This document shows positions 41,961 through 51,830 of a stretch of DNA of 64,000 nt, in pieces. The notes under the pieces were generated by a model that saw nothing but the letters and a program-made list of their open reading frames with translations, made no database searches and was not told the DNA's origin. Source of the DNA: Escherichia phage W143. Numbering within the stretch: the stretch's first letter is position 1; each line of letters begins with the position of its first letter. The translations under genes and the position numbers were made by a program. The stretch is taken from the sequence record MZ189262.1; one strand, written 5' to 3'.

Positions 41961-44225
41961 TCATAATTTACAGGATGAACAATCTTCAGCTTTTGGAGTT
42001 TCTATTTCGTAATCATCAGTACCGGAACCATCGCGAGTATTATGATAATAGAAGTTTTTAATGCCATAATACCATCCGTATAGCATGTCATCAATCATTA
42101 CAGACATTGGAACCTTTCCTTTTGGAAAAATCTGCGGGTCATAATATGTATTCGCTGAAGCTGATTGACATACCCATTTCAGCATAATAGCTACCTGCGT
42201 AAGATAAGGTTTATTGCCTTTCTTAGCTAATTTCCACGTATAATCATAGAGGTCTATGTTATGCTCAATATTGGGCACGACTTGATTAAAGGAACCCTCT
42301 TTTGATTCTTTAACAGAGACTGGTCCACGTGGAGGCTCGATACCGTTTGTACTGTTAGAAACTTGGGAAGATGACTCACATGGCATAAGTGCTGATAATG
42401 TGCTATTACGGATGCCAAAGAGCTTAAGGTCTTCCCGCAGCGACGACCAGTCACAAACGTATTTTGGAGCTGCGATTTGGTCAATCTTTTTATTGTACCA
42501 GTCGATAGGTAATTCGCCTCGAGACCAACGAGTGTCTGAATAATACTCGCAAGGTCCTTTTTCTTTGGCGAGTTTAATGGATGCTTTAATGAGTCCATAC
42601 TGTAATCTCTCAAATAGTTCATGTGTTAAATCGTTAGCATCTTCATAAGAAGCAAAGTTACTTGCCAGCCAAGCTGCATAGTTAGTAACACCTACGCCAA
42701 GGTTTCGACGCTTTTTAGCTTTTTCTGCTTCAGGAACTGGATATCCTTGGTAATCCAAAAGATTATCAAGAGCACGAACTTGAACTTCTGCTAATTCATT
42801 AATTTTATCTTGGTCTTGCCAATCGAAGTTATCCAACACAAATGCAGATAACGTGCACAATCCAATTTCAGCATCAGGGCTATTCACATCATTTGTTGGA
42901 ATAGCAATTTCACAACACAAGTTACTCTGACGAATAGGTGCCTTTTCACGAATAAACGGAGTATAGTTATTCGTATTATCAATGAACTGTACATAAATCC
43001 TTGCTGTTCCTGAGCGTTCAGTCATGAGTAATTCAAACAGTTCACGGGCTTTAATACGCTTTTTACGAATATTAGGGTCTTTTTCTGCGGCTTCATATAA
43101 TTCACGGAAACGGTCTTGGTCTTTAAAATAAGAATAATAAAGCTCACCACCCATTTCATGTGGACTGAACAAAGTAATGTAGTCGTTCTTTCCAAAACGT
43201 TCCATCATCAAATCATTCAGCTGGACGCCATAATCCATATGACGGATACGGTTTTCTTCTACGCCTTTGTTATTTTTCAAAACGAGAAGATTTTCAACTT
43301 CCAAATGCCAAATAGGATAATAAGCAGTAGCAGCGCCGCCACGAATTCCACCCTGTGAACATGATTTAACAGCAGTCTGAAAATGTTTCCAAAAAGGAAT
43401 AACACCAGTATGACGCACTTCACCTGTGCCAATCTTAGAACCTTCGGCACGAATCATACCAACGTTAATACCAATTCCAGCTCGTTTCGAAATATACTCA
43501 ACAATTGAAGCAGAAGCCTTATTGATAGACTTCAGCGAATCACCTGCTTCAATAACGACGCATGAACTAAACTGTCGAGTTGGAGTACGACATCCAGCCA
43601 TAATAGGAGTTGGCAGTGAAATCTGTCGAGTAGATACTGCTTCATAAAAACGAATAACATGTTTTAATCTGTCAACAGGTTCATCTTGATGCAATGCCAT
43701 TCCAATAGTCATAAATGCAAACTGCGGAGTTTCATAAATTTGACCAGTGGTTTTATCTTTAACGAGATATTTTTCTTTTAATTGCATCGCCCCGGAATAA
43801 GTAAATTCCATATCCCGCTCGTGCTTAATTTTTGATTCTAAAAATGTAATTTCTTCTGCAGAATATTTTGACAACAATTCAGGGTCGTATTTACCTTCAT
43901 TTACACAGTAAGAAATATGGTCAATAAATGAACGTGGTTCATACTGACCGTAAACATGCTTACGAAGAGCAAACATTAAACAGCGTGCAGCTACGTATTG
44001 ATAATCAGGCTCTTCAACTGAAATAGAATTCGCAGCAGCCTTAATTACAATAGTTTGAATGTCATCAGTGGTCATTCCATCACGGAGATATGATTTAATA
44101 TTTTCATATAATTCATAAGGATCTACAGATGTTCCTTCAGCTGCCCAAGATAAAACTTTAATAATTTTTTGCGGGTCAAAGCTCTGAGAAACACCACTAC
44201 TTTTGATAACATTAATTAATTGCAT
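41961..44225 (-). CDS. nrdA: ribonucleotide reductase large subunit
   Basis: 754 aa; C-terminal CxxC tail (DCSSCKL); synteny. Confidence 0.93.
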   Translation of the reverse strand: MQLINVIKSSGVSQSFDPQKIIKVLSWAAEGTSVDPYELYENIKSYLRDGMTTDDIQTIVIKAAANSISVEEPDYQYVAARCLMFALRKHVYGQYEPRSFIDHISYCVNEGKYDPELLSKYSAEEITFLESKIKHERDMEFTYSGAMQLKEKYLVKDKTTGQIYETPQFAFMTIGMALHQDEPVDRLKHVIRFYEAVSTRQISLPTPIMAGCRTPTRQFSSCVVIEAGDSLKSINKASASIVEYISKRAGIGINVGMIRAEGSKIGTGEVRHTGVIPFWKHFQTAVKSCSQGGIRGGAATAYYPIWHLEVENLLVLKNNKGVEENRIRHMDYGVQLNDLMMERFGKNDYITLFSPHEMGGELYYSYFKDQDRFRELYEAAEKDPNIRKKRIKARELFELLMTERSGTARIYVQFIDNTNNYTPFIREKAPIRQSNLCCEIAIPTNDVNSPDAEIGLCTLSAFVLDNFDWQDQDKINELAEVQVRALDNLLDYQGYPVPEAEKAKKRRNLGVGVTNYAAWLASNFASYEDANDLTHELFERLQYGLIKASIKLAKEKGPCEYYSDTRWSRGELPIDWYNKKIDQIAAPKYVCDWSSLREDLKLFGIRNSTLSALMPCESSSQVSNSTNGIEPPRGPVSVKESKEGSFNQVVPNIEHNIDLYDYTWKLAKKGNKPYLTQVAIMLKWVCQSASANTYYDPQIFPKGKVPMSVMIDDMLYGWYYGIKNFYYHNTRDGSGTDDYEIETPKAEDCSSCKL

Positions 44226-44542
44226 AAGTCCTCAACTTGAAAATCGTCTTTAAACAATCGGTTAACTATATGAGCTATTATATCACCATGACACGGCTTT
44301 GGTTTACATGTGCATCCTAGCCTCATTCCACGTAAAGGCTCTAAATGTGCTTTAGTTATTTCTCCGGATTTAATTCGACGTATAAAATCTTTTTTGAATA
44401 ATTCAATGGCAGCCTCCCGGCTGCCAGCATCTTTACCGACGTAATTTCCCCAAAATGTACCACGGTGAATATTAACATCAAAGTCGGATTTATATTTATT
44501 CACTACCTGGCATAGACGGCCCGCGCGGTGATAATTCGTCAT
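44216..44542 (-). CDS. hypothetical protein with C-x-C...C-H motif, between td and nrdA
   Basis: 108 aa; [13 protein letters not shown] motif. Confidence 0.55.
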   Translation of the reverse strand: MTNYHRAGRLCQVVNKYKSDFDVNIHRGTFWGNYVGKDAGSREAAIELFKKDFIRRIKSGEITKAHLEPLRGMRLGCTCKPKPCHGDIIAHIVNRLFKDDFQVEDLCN

Positions 44543-44759
44543 ATTGTTTTTCCGTTAAAACAGTAATATCATAGTAACAATCTGAAGAAGTTTTAACTGT
44601 AGAAATTTTATTATCAAAATACTCACGAGTCATTTTATGAGTATAATATTTTTTGCCATAAATGATAATAGGCTGATTTGGTCCTGGAACTTCTAACTCA
44701 CTTGGATTAGGAAGTGTAAAAAGAACTACACCTGAAGTATCTTTAAATCGTAAAATCAT
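44496..44759 (-). CDS. hypothetical protein between td and nrdA
   Basis: 87 aa. Confidence 0.5.
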   Translation of the reverse strand: MILRFKDTSGVVLFTLPNPSELEVPGPNQPIIIYGKKYYTHKMTREYFDNKISTVKTSSDCYYDITVLTEKQYDELSPRGPSMPGSE

Positions 44760-44782
44760 ATATCCTCACAATTAATAATTAA

Positions 44783-45643
44783 TTACACCGCCATTTTTCC
44801 TTTAATAGGAGGGTGTGATTCGTAACCTTTAAGAACGAAATCTTTAGGCCTGAGTTTAAGAATGTATTCCAATTGTTCCTTAGTAGAAAGATAGCGGAAT
44901 TTATAAGGCAATCCGCCTATTACCAGTTCACAAAGCTCTTTAGGTTCACGACGCAAAATTTCTTTACATTGTTCTACGTGATTCATATAGATATGAGTAT
45001 TACCACCAGAAAATATCAAATCTCCTGGAATAAGATTACACATCTTAGCTACAATATGAACCAACGCAGCATATGATGCAATGTTGAATGGCAAGCCCAA
45101 GAACACGTCAACACTTCTTTGATACCACTGCAAATCCAAATAGCCATTACGCACATTAAACTGATAAAACATATGACAAGGTGGTAATGCCATATATTTA
45201 AGTTCAGCTGGATTCCACGCCGACACAATTTGTCGCCTATCATTTGGTAGTTTTTTAATACAATCAACAACTTCTATAATTTGGTCTACACCGCCAAAAT
45301 CACGCCATTGTTTTCCATAAATTGGACCAAGTTCACCGCTATGATATCCTAAATCTTTTGCTTGATTTTCGTAATTTTCATCCCAGACTGTTTTGCCTTG
45401 AATTAATGAATCATGCTGAATTAATCGTAAATCATTTACGTTAGTACTTCCTGACAAAAACCATATTAGCTCAGCAATACAAGCTTTCCAGGCGAGCTTC
45501 TTAGTCGTTACTGCAGGAAAACCTTTAGTTAAATCCCAGCGTAATTTAGTACCGAACAAAGCAATTGTTCCTGTGCCTGTTCGGTCATCGGTTTCATAGC
45601 CATTTTCAAAAATGTCTTTAATTAAATCTTGGTATTGTTTCAT
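44783..45643 (-). CDS. td: thymidylate synthase, uninterrupted (no group I intron)
   Basis: 286 aa in one frame; active-site region ALPPCHMFYQF. Confidence 0.93.
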   Translation of the reverse strand: MKQYQDLIKDIFENGYETDDRTGTGTIALFGTKLRWDLTKGFPAVTTKKLAWKACIAELIWFLSGSTNVNDLRLIQHDSLIQGKTVWDENYENQAKDLGYHSGELGPIYGKQWRDFGGVDQIIEVVDCIKKLPNDRRQIVSAWNPAELKYMALPPCHMFYQFNVRNGYLDLQWYQRSVDVFLGLPFNIASYAALVHIVAKMCNLIPGDLIFSGGNTHIYMNHVEQCKEILRREPKELCELVIGGLPYKFRYLSTKEQLEYILKLRPKDFVLKGYESHPPIKGKMAV

Positions 45644-45687
45644 TTAGTACCTTATATAAATTATAATACATTTTATGAAGCTAATAA

Positions 45688-46047
45688 TCAATACGGTTTA
45701 GCATCAAATTTTCTTTCGATTTCAGGAGTGAAATATAATTCTTTACCACGTTTGGAAAAACGACCAATAATATGATAATTATTCTCATCAAACGTGATAT
45801 TGCCAATATCCATAGCTTTCAACCAAATATCGATATTTCTATCCAGCTTTATATCAAAATTCCAATACGGAGAACTATTACCAAAAATACTACAAGCGGA
45901 TTCAGTGAAACAACTGCTATAAATTTTGTCTTTAGGAACTACTAATTGATAGACGCCTTTAATAAACTGAGGACCCTGCCATTTTGGTTGTTTCGCGTCT
46001 TTTTCTAATAGAATAGGGTAATAATTAAAGTTCATATTTTCCGCCAC
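45688..46047 (-). CDS. hypothetical protein between frd and td
   Basis: 119 aa ORF occupying the frd-td junction. Confidence 0.6.
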   Translation of the reverse strand: MAENMNFNYYPILLEKDAKQPKWQGPQFIKGVYQLVVPKDKIYSSCFTESACSIFGNSSPYWNFDIKLDRNIDIWLKAMDIGNITFDENNYHIIGRFSKRGKELYFTPEIERKFDAKPY

Positions 46048-46055
46048 GCGTTATT

Positions 46056-46882
<827 letters not shown>

Positions 46883-46892
46883 ATTATTTTCC

Positions 46893-47135
46893 TTAAACAG
46901 ACTTTTTCACAATTTTCCAATCAGCTTTAAACTGTTCAACATCAGAATGGTAAATCCAAAACCCTGCGCTTTCTCCATCCTCATAAAGAGGGCATCCATC
47001 GCATTCATCTTCCCATCCCATATCACGCAAAAGAAGTTCAGCTTTTTCAACAAGTTCAGAATCTTTACCGATGATATTAAAATACCATTTACCTCTAACT
47101 TCTGAATCTTTGATGCTCTGGCGTTGTAATCTCAT
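46893..47135 (-). CDS. hypothetical protein (frd-upstream cluster)
   Basis: 80 aa; GAGGAG RBS; early promoter upstream. Confidence 0.55.
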   Translation of the reverse strand: MRLQRQSIKDSEVRGKWYFNIIGKDSELVEKAELLLRDMGWEDECDGCPLYEDGESAGFWIYHSDVEQFKADWKIVKKSV

Positions 47136-47160
47136 TTTATTCTCCTCAGTTGATAGGGTA

Positions 47161-47190
47161 ATAGTATCACACTACTACCCTTCTGTAAAC
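47161..47190 (-). promoter_or_regulatory. early promoter upstream of ORF 46893-47135
   Basis: - strand GTTTACA, 17 nt spacer, TACTAT. Confidence 0.6.
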
Positions 47191-47555
47191 TACTTTTTGA
47201 AAGTTTTTCGTAAAAGTTCAATGATTTCGTCTACATTGTTTTCGTCAACAATACAGTGAATTTTTGTTACGCCAGAAACCTTGTCTTCAACTTCATCTTT
47301 TTCAGAAGTCGGTTCTTTATATTCACGGAAACAATGAAATTCGTCTTCACAGACGTTAAAGTAAAAATGCTTTCCATTTGCGCATTCAATGTGTTTTATT
47401 ACTCTAAATCCATCAGCAAAGAAAGCTTCTTTAACTTCAAACCATCCGCCATTATCTCGAATAGCTTTAACTATTGATGAATTAGAACGCGGGCGATAAT
47501 TAATAAATGTATCAATAAGTCTTGGAACAAGTTCATATTTTCTACCAATATACAT
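47190..47555 (-). CDS. hypothetical protein (frd-upstream cluster)
   Basis: 121 aa. Confidence 0.55.
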   Translation of the reverse strand: MYIGRKYELVPRLIDTFINYRPRSNSSIVKAIRDNGGWFEVKEAFFADGFRVIKHIECANGKHFYFNVCEDEFHCFREYKEPTSEKDEVEDKVSGVTKIHCIVDENNVDEIIELLRKTFKK

Positions 47556-47576
47556 TGTGTTTTCCTCATTTTAATA

Positions 47577-47592
47577 GGGGCTTGATAGCCCC
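47577..47592 (-). terminator. GC hairpin (GGGGCTATCAAGCCCC) between small ORFs
   Basis: Stable stem, no U tract. Confidence 0.35.
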
Positions 47593-47599
47593 TTAATAA

Positions 47600-47827
47600 T
47601 TACTGCTCAATAAATCCTGTGTAAAATTCTACATCTTCAGCATCCATACCGTCACAATATTCATTAACCATAAATTGTTTAAGACGATTTAAAGGACCTT
47701 CAATAACAACTGAAACATTGCAATTGGGGTCATTTAGTGCGCTTGTAATACGGAGTTCAGGATAACGATTACGAATAATTTCTTCAATATATTCAAAATC
47801 AACAACATCAATATCAATTTTAGCCAT
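47600..47827 (-). CDS. hypothetical small acidic protein downstream of gene 32
   Basis: Likely start MAKIDID with AAAGAGGAA RBS (ORF track frame to 47848); early promoter upstream. Confidence 0.55.
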   Translation of the reverse strand: MAKIDIDVVDFEYIEEIIRNRYPELRITSALNDPNCNVSVVIEGPLNRLKQFMVNEYCDGMDAEDVEFYTGFIEQ

Positions 47828-47870
47828 GTTATTTTCCTCTTTAATCATCAGCAGTATTGCCGATAGTTGT

Positions 47871-47900
47871 ATAGTACCATAAAGCTTTATGCTTGTAAAC
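47871..47900 (-). promoter_or_regulatory. early promoter downstream of the gene 32 terminator
   Basis: - strand GTTTACA, 17 nt spacer, TACTAT. Confidence 0.6.
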
Positions 47901-47919
47901 AGTTTTGTGAAAAAATTTT

Positions 47920-47949
47920 GAAATAAAAAAGGGGACCTCTAGGGTCCCC
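47920..47949 (-). terminator. intrinsic terminator after gene 32
   Basis: - strand GGGGACCCTAGAGGTCCCC followed by TTTTTTATTTC. Confidence 0.8.
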
Positions 47950-47971
47950 AATTAATTAGTAATATAATCTG

Positions 47972-48880
47972 TTAAAGGTCATTCAAAAGGTCATCCAGGT
48001 CCGTGTCATCAGCACTAGATGAACTGCCAGAGCTTGAGCTCATAAAATCATCTTCAGTTTTTGTTTTGAAGTCATCAACATTGAATGCATCCAAATCATC
48101 AGCAACTTTATCAGCTTTCTTAGCAGCAGTTGCTGCGGCACCACCCATAGCAGCAGTTCCCATAACTTGACTGAACTTAGTGCTCAGTTCTTCAAACGAT
48201 TTGAATTTATCTTTAGAAGTCATTTCAGAAAGGTCAACCATTTGTTCGAACAGTTCTTTCTGGAAAGATTCATCATCAATGTTTGGAATCGCAGATTGAT
48301 TCAGGAATTTAGATTCGTCGTAGTTACTAAAACCAGAAACTTGTTTAACTTTCAGTACAAAGTTAGCACCTTCCCATGGACAAGTTACATCAACCGGAGT
48401 TTCGCCCATTTCAACATCAACTGCAATCATTGCATTGATTTTATCCCAGATTTTTTTACCGAAACGGTATTTAAATACTTTACCTTCATTTTCTGGAGCA
48501 GCTGGGTCTTTTACTACAAGAATGTTCGCCCAGTAAGAAGTTTTACGTTTAACAAGACCGTACTCTTTATTGTCAGTGTTGTACAAATCATTTTTACTGA
48601 TGTACTGACATACTGGACAAGAATCGTAATCACCGTAGGTAGATGAGCATGTTTCAATATACCATTTACCATTTTTCTTGAAACCGTGATTTACAAGAAG
48701 TGCGAATGGTGCTTGTTCATCATTTTTAGACGGAAGAAAACGAATTACTGCTTGACCGTTACCCGCATTATCGAGTTTCAGTTTCCACTCGCCTTTATCT
48801 TCAGAAGAAAAACCACCTTTATTTCCAGCCAGTTTAGCCATTTGTGCAGCGAGTTCAGCAGTAGATTTACGTTTAAACAT
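47972..48880 (-). CDS. 32: single-stranded DNA-binding protein gp32
   Basis: 302 aa; N-terminus [17 protein letters not shown]; acidic Ser-rich C-terminus; operator-like leader and strong terminator. Confidence 0.95.
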   Translation of the reverse strand: MFKRKSTAELAAQMAKLAGNKGGFSSEDKGEWKLKLDNAGNGQAVIRFLPSKNDEQAPFALLVNHGFKKNGKWYIETCSSTYGDYDSCPVCQYISKNDLYNTDNKEYGLVKRKTSYWANILVVKDPAAPENEGKVFKYRFGKKIWDKINAMIAVDVEMGETPVDVTCPWEGANFVLKVKQVSGFSNYDESKFLNQSAIPNIDDESFQKELFEQMVDLSEMTSKDKFKSFEELSTKFSQVMGTAAMGGAAATAAKKADKVADDLDAFNVDDFKTKTEDDFMSSSSGSSSSADDTDLDDLLNDL

Positions 48881-48937
48881 TTTTATTTCCTTTTTAATTT
48901 AATTAACAGTTGGTGCTATGACACTTTACCTCATAGC
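48881..48937 (-). promoter_or_regulatory. gene 32 translational operator (pseudoknot plus AU-rich leader)
   Basis: - strand leader GCTATGAGGTAAAGTGTCATAGC (stem-loop) followed by AUUAAAUUAAAAAGGAAAUAAAA before the ATG. Confidence 0.6.
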
Positions 48938-49563
48938 TGGCATAATTCGCAATACTCTGGGTCTTCGAGAGGTATCCAACCTGAATTGAAATACTTTACC
49001 ATCGATTTAGCAGTTGCATCAGTTATATTTATATTACCTTTAACTCTTCGCCATCCAGGAGTTTTACCGTACAGATTAGAGGATAATAATAACACATAAT
49101 TCTCGTAAGCAATATGAGATAATTTCCAAGACTCTATATTAGCTCGTGATGTTTTCCAAGGTCTAAAATCGTCACGGTTCATATAATTAGCCAATCTCAT
49201 ATGCTCTCTAACTTCCGGGTCTTTGGCTGGATGAGTTTCACCACTCACACCAAATCCGCCGCCAGCATATACCAGATTAAAATAGTCTGGATTATCTCTG
49301 GCATTTACTTCAAGTTGGTATTTTCGCTCTGCTTCAATAACATCCAAATCATCATCAATTTGAATTATTTTAACGCTCGGTTTTTGAAGCATTACCGCAT
49401 TTAAAAATCTTTTTTGTTTACACGAACTCCAGTATTCCTTTCCGGAAGAGTCATATATTATTCCATTCTCAAATGAGCAATTTAATTTACTGCCGATATA
49501 GTAGTACGGCGGAGTCTTATTTTTGACACGGTCTTCAAATGTAAACCAATATACTATATTCAT
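48931..49563 (-). CDS. GIY-YIG homing endonuclease (segG position)
   Basis: 210 aa; N-terminal IVYWFTF...(10 aa)...YYIGSK matches the GIY-x10-YIG pattern; between genes 32 and 59. Confidence 0.7.
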   Translation of the reverse strand: MNIVYWFTFEDRVKNKTPPYYYIGSKLNCSFENGIIYDSSGKEYWSSCKQKRFLNAVMLQKPSVKIIQIDDDLDVIEAERKYQLEVNARDNPDYFNLVYAGGGFGVSGETHPAKDPEVREHMRLANYMNRDDFRPWKTSRANIESWKLSHIAYENYVLLLSSNLYGKTPGWRRVKGNINITDATAKSMVKYFNSGWIPLEDPEYCELCQL

Positions 49564-49564
49564 A

Positions 49565-50218
49565 TTAATACTTACAGGATTTCACAGTTTCAATGAAAAC
49601 ACTTTTAGCTTTCTGTGAATCAATATTTAAAATTTTTCTATAAGCTTTTAACTTTATAGAATAATTATTCCAGACTAAATTATCAGTCTGTTCATCATGT
49701 TTATCGATTATATTTAAAAACGAATCAAGCAAGATAAACGTCTCAAACGAAATTATATTCGATTGAAGTAGTTTAAAAATATAACTTGATTGAACTTTTG
49801 GATTATATTCAAAGATTTCTTTAAAAGCAGAAACTTCAACTTTTTTACTAAAATAATAAATGTTGCGAATATCTTCTTCAAACTTAAATTTAATTTGCTT
49901 TAAGCGTCCGATATATTCACGATAAAACACAAGTGCATCAGCGTCAGAGATGTCACCAATCCAAGCATCTTGGTTAGCAACCAGATTGCTTATAAAGATT
50001 AAAGCAAGTTCCTTTAATTTATATTTTTCTGATAACTTCTGGAAAAAATACTTATCCCTTCGCTTTTGATAAGCGGCATCAGACACCCGCATGCACCAAT
50101 TATACTTAATTACATCATACTTTCCATTCATATGTTGTTTTATCATTAAGTATAATTTATAAACTGATTTACCATCAATGTATCTTTCACCACCAGCAGG
50201 CATGCGGAGTTTAATCAT
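49565..50218 (-). CDS. 59: gp59 helicase-loading protein
   Basis: 217 aa; synteny. Confidence 0.9.
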   Translation of the reverse strand: MIKLRMPAGGERYIDGKSVYKLYLMIKQHMNGKYDVIKYNWCMRVSDAAYQKRRDKYFFQKLSEKYKLKELALIFISNLVANQDAWIGDISDADALVFYREYIGRLKQIKFKFEEDIRNIYYFSKKVEVSAFKEIFEYNPKVQSSYIFKLLQSNIISFETFILLDSFLNIIDKHDEQTDNLVWNNYSIKLKAYRKILNIDSQKAKSVFIETVKSCKY

Positions 50219-50562
50219 AGTAGAAAATCTAATGTATTAGTTTTTTCACAACGAACAACAGAAGGACGTAAAAGATTTTCGTCAATAGCTTCTGACTGAA
50301 TTTTTTCAATTATACCCGAAGGAATAAATTTAGCAAATTGAGTTTCAGGAATAGAATTTTCTTCCAAGAATGCTGTTGTAGCTTCAAGATAACTCATTCC
50401 AAATTCTTCTACCATTTTTTCAATAATAAATCCATTTTCTTGGCGGTCAAGAAGCTTTGCAATTTCATCCTTTTCTTTCTTAATTGAAAGTTCTTTTTCT
50501 GAAAGACCGGTCTCATCGACCGGACGAATATCATTTAGAGAAAACTGTGTCATAAAGTTCAA
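50215..50562 (-). CDS. 33: gp33 late transcription co-activator
   Basis: About 112-115 aa; synteny between 59 and dsbA. Confidence 0.85.
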   Translation of the reverse strand: MNFMTQFSLNDIRPVDETGLSEKELSIKKEKDEIAKLLDRQENGFIIEKMVEEFGMSYLEATTAFLEENSIPETQFAKFIPSGIIEKIQSEAIDENLLRPSVVRCEKTNTLDFLL

Positions 50563-50800
50563 CTACCTCTTCAGTTTCAGCTTCAAACACATCACGGTTA
50601 TCTTTATGATACAAAGCTAATAGACGATTAAACATCTTACTATCAACGCCAAGTTCATCTTTGGCACGAATTCGAATATCTTTAATCAATTCATTATAAC
50701 CAGAAATTTTCAGTTTATGGTCAGATGCTTCTTTAATAAATTTAGCTAAATCTTCGCCGTGGATAGCTTCATCAAATTCAACCATTTCTTTTTTAGCCAT
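50531..50800 (-). CDS. dsbA: dsDNA-binding protein DsbA
   Basis: 89 aa; position between 33 and rnh. Confidence 0.8.
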   Translation of the reverse strand: MAKKEMVEFDEAIHGEDLAKFIKEASDHKLKISGYNELIKDIRIRAKDELGVDSKMFNRLLALYHKDNRDVFEAETEEVVELYDTVFSK

Positions 50801-50808
50801 TATTCACC

Positions 50809-51726
50809 TCAAAATTCGTTAATGCTATTAGTTAATTTAGAAAGACCCGCTTTTACAAAATATGAATAAATTTTGCCACGCGGTGGTAATTTATATGAAT
50901 TATAGTAATTCACAATGTTTGAAGCAATATTATCAGGAATATAATCAAAATCAATTAGAACTAAATTTTCTTTATAACGATTATATTCAGATTCAGTGAG
51001 AAGCACCTTAGCTTGCTCACGGTCATTAGCAATAGCTTCAACAACAGATGTTTTCATTGAAGGAGTTCGTTCACCTTCAACTCTAGTAAACCAAAAGTCA
51101 GATCGTACTTTAACTGAAGCAACGTTATCCTTTTTATCGCCTTTAAGGATTTTAGTCATACAGTCAATTTCAGCAGAACCGCTTTTAATTTTAACCCATT
51201 TCTTGTGCATCGGTGACCATTGCTTAACGTTTGGGTATTTATGAAGTTGAGTAAAGTCACCATCCGATGAAATGATTAAAATTTTATGTCCTTCTAAAGA
51301 GAACTTTTTAACAAGAACAGCAATGTGATCATCTGCTTCATACTTATCAATATCCATAACAATGTATGGCATATAAGCTTTCAATTCATCTATAACTTTA
51401 TGACTGGATTCAAAATAACCTTCCCAGTCCCAAGTAGATTCTTCTCGTGCTTTTCCACGGTTTTTCTTATAGTAATAAGCGAAATCACGACGCCAGTATC
51501 CAGATTTCGCGTTATCGATACACAGTATAATTTTAGTGTATCCAAGAGTTTTTGCTTTTTTAACATTGAACTTAATTGAGTTCAATATCAAATGACGAAC
51601 CATTGATAAATTAATTTTTTCTTTATCTGGAAAGTTTACTAAAGCAGTTGAAAGCGCAATTTGACTAAAGTCAATTAAGCAAATTCCTTCTTTGTAATCT
51701 TCATCCAGCATCATTTCTAAATCCAT
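50809..51726 (-). CDS. rnh: RNase H (5'-3' exonuclease, FEN-family)
   Basis: Start probably MDLEMMLDED (ORF track frame to 51741); about 305 aa. Confidence 0.9.
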   Translation of the reverse strand: MDLEMMLDEDYKEGICLIDFSQIALSTALVNFPDKEKINLSMVRHLILNSIKFNVKKAKTLGYTKIILCIDNAKSGYWRRDFAYYYKKNRGKAREESTWDWEGYFESSHKVIDELKAYMPYIVMDIDKYEADDHIAVLVKKFSLEGHKILIISSDGDFTQLHKYPNVKQWSPMHKKWVKIKSGSAEIDCMTKILKGDKKDNVASVKVRSDFWFTRVEGERTPSMKTSVVEAIANDREQAKVLLTESEYNRYKENLVLIDFDYIPDNIASNIVNYYNSYKLPPRGKIYSYFVKAGLSKLTNSINEF

Positions 51727-51788
51727 ATGAACCTCGTTCAATTAGTGAGATTTCTATTATATACTATCCAAATCTTAAAGTAAACAAG

Positions 51789-51796
51789 TATAAATA
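51789..51796 (+). promoter_or_regulatory. late promoter TATAAATA (gene 34)
   Basis: Exact match about 35 nt before the ATG. Confidence 0.75.
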
Positions 51797-51830
51797 CTTA
51801 TTATTGAAAACACAATAGGAGCCCGGGAGA

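Noticed and set aside
44783-45643. Search for a group I intron / I-TevI ORF in td
   Set aside because: td reads as one continuous 286-codon frame; no intron-sized interruption
45644-45687. Candidate MotA-type middle promoter upstream of td (AGCTTCA ... TATAAT on - strand)
   Set aside because: Box is one mismatch from consensus and the spacer is about 10 nt rather than about 13; too weak to call
48167-49099. Plus-strand ORFs (159 and 137 aa) overlapping gene 32 and the GIY-YIG gene
   Set aside because: Antisense to strongly supported genes; Phe/Arg-rich nonsense-like translations
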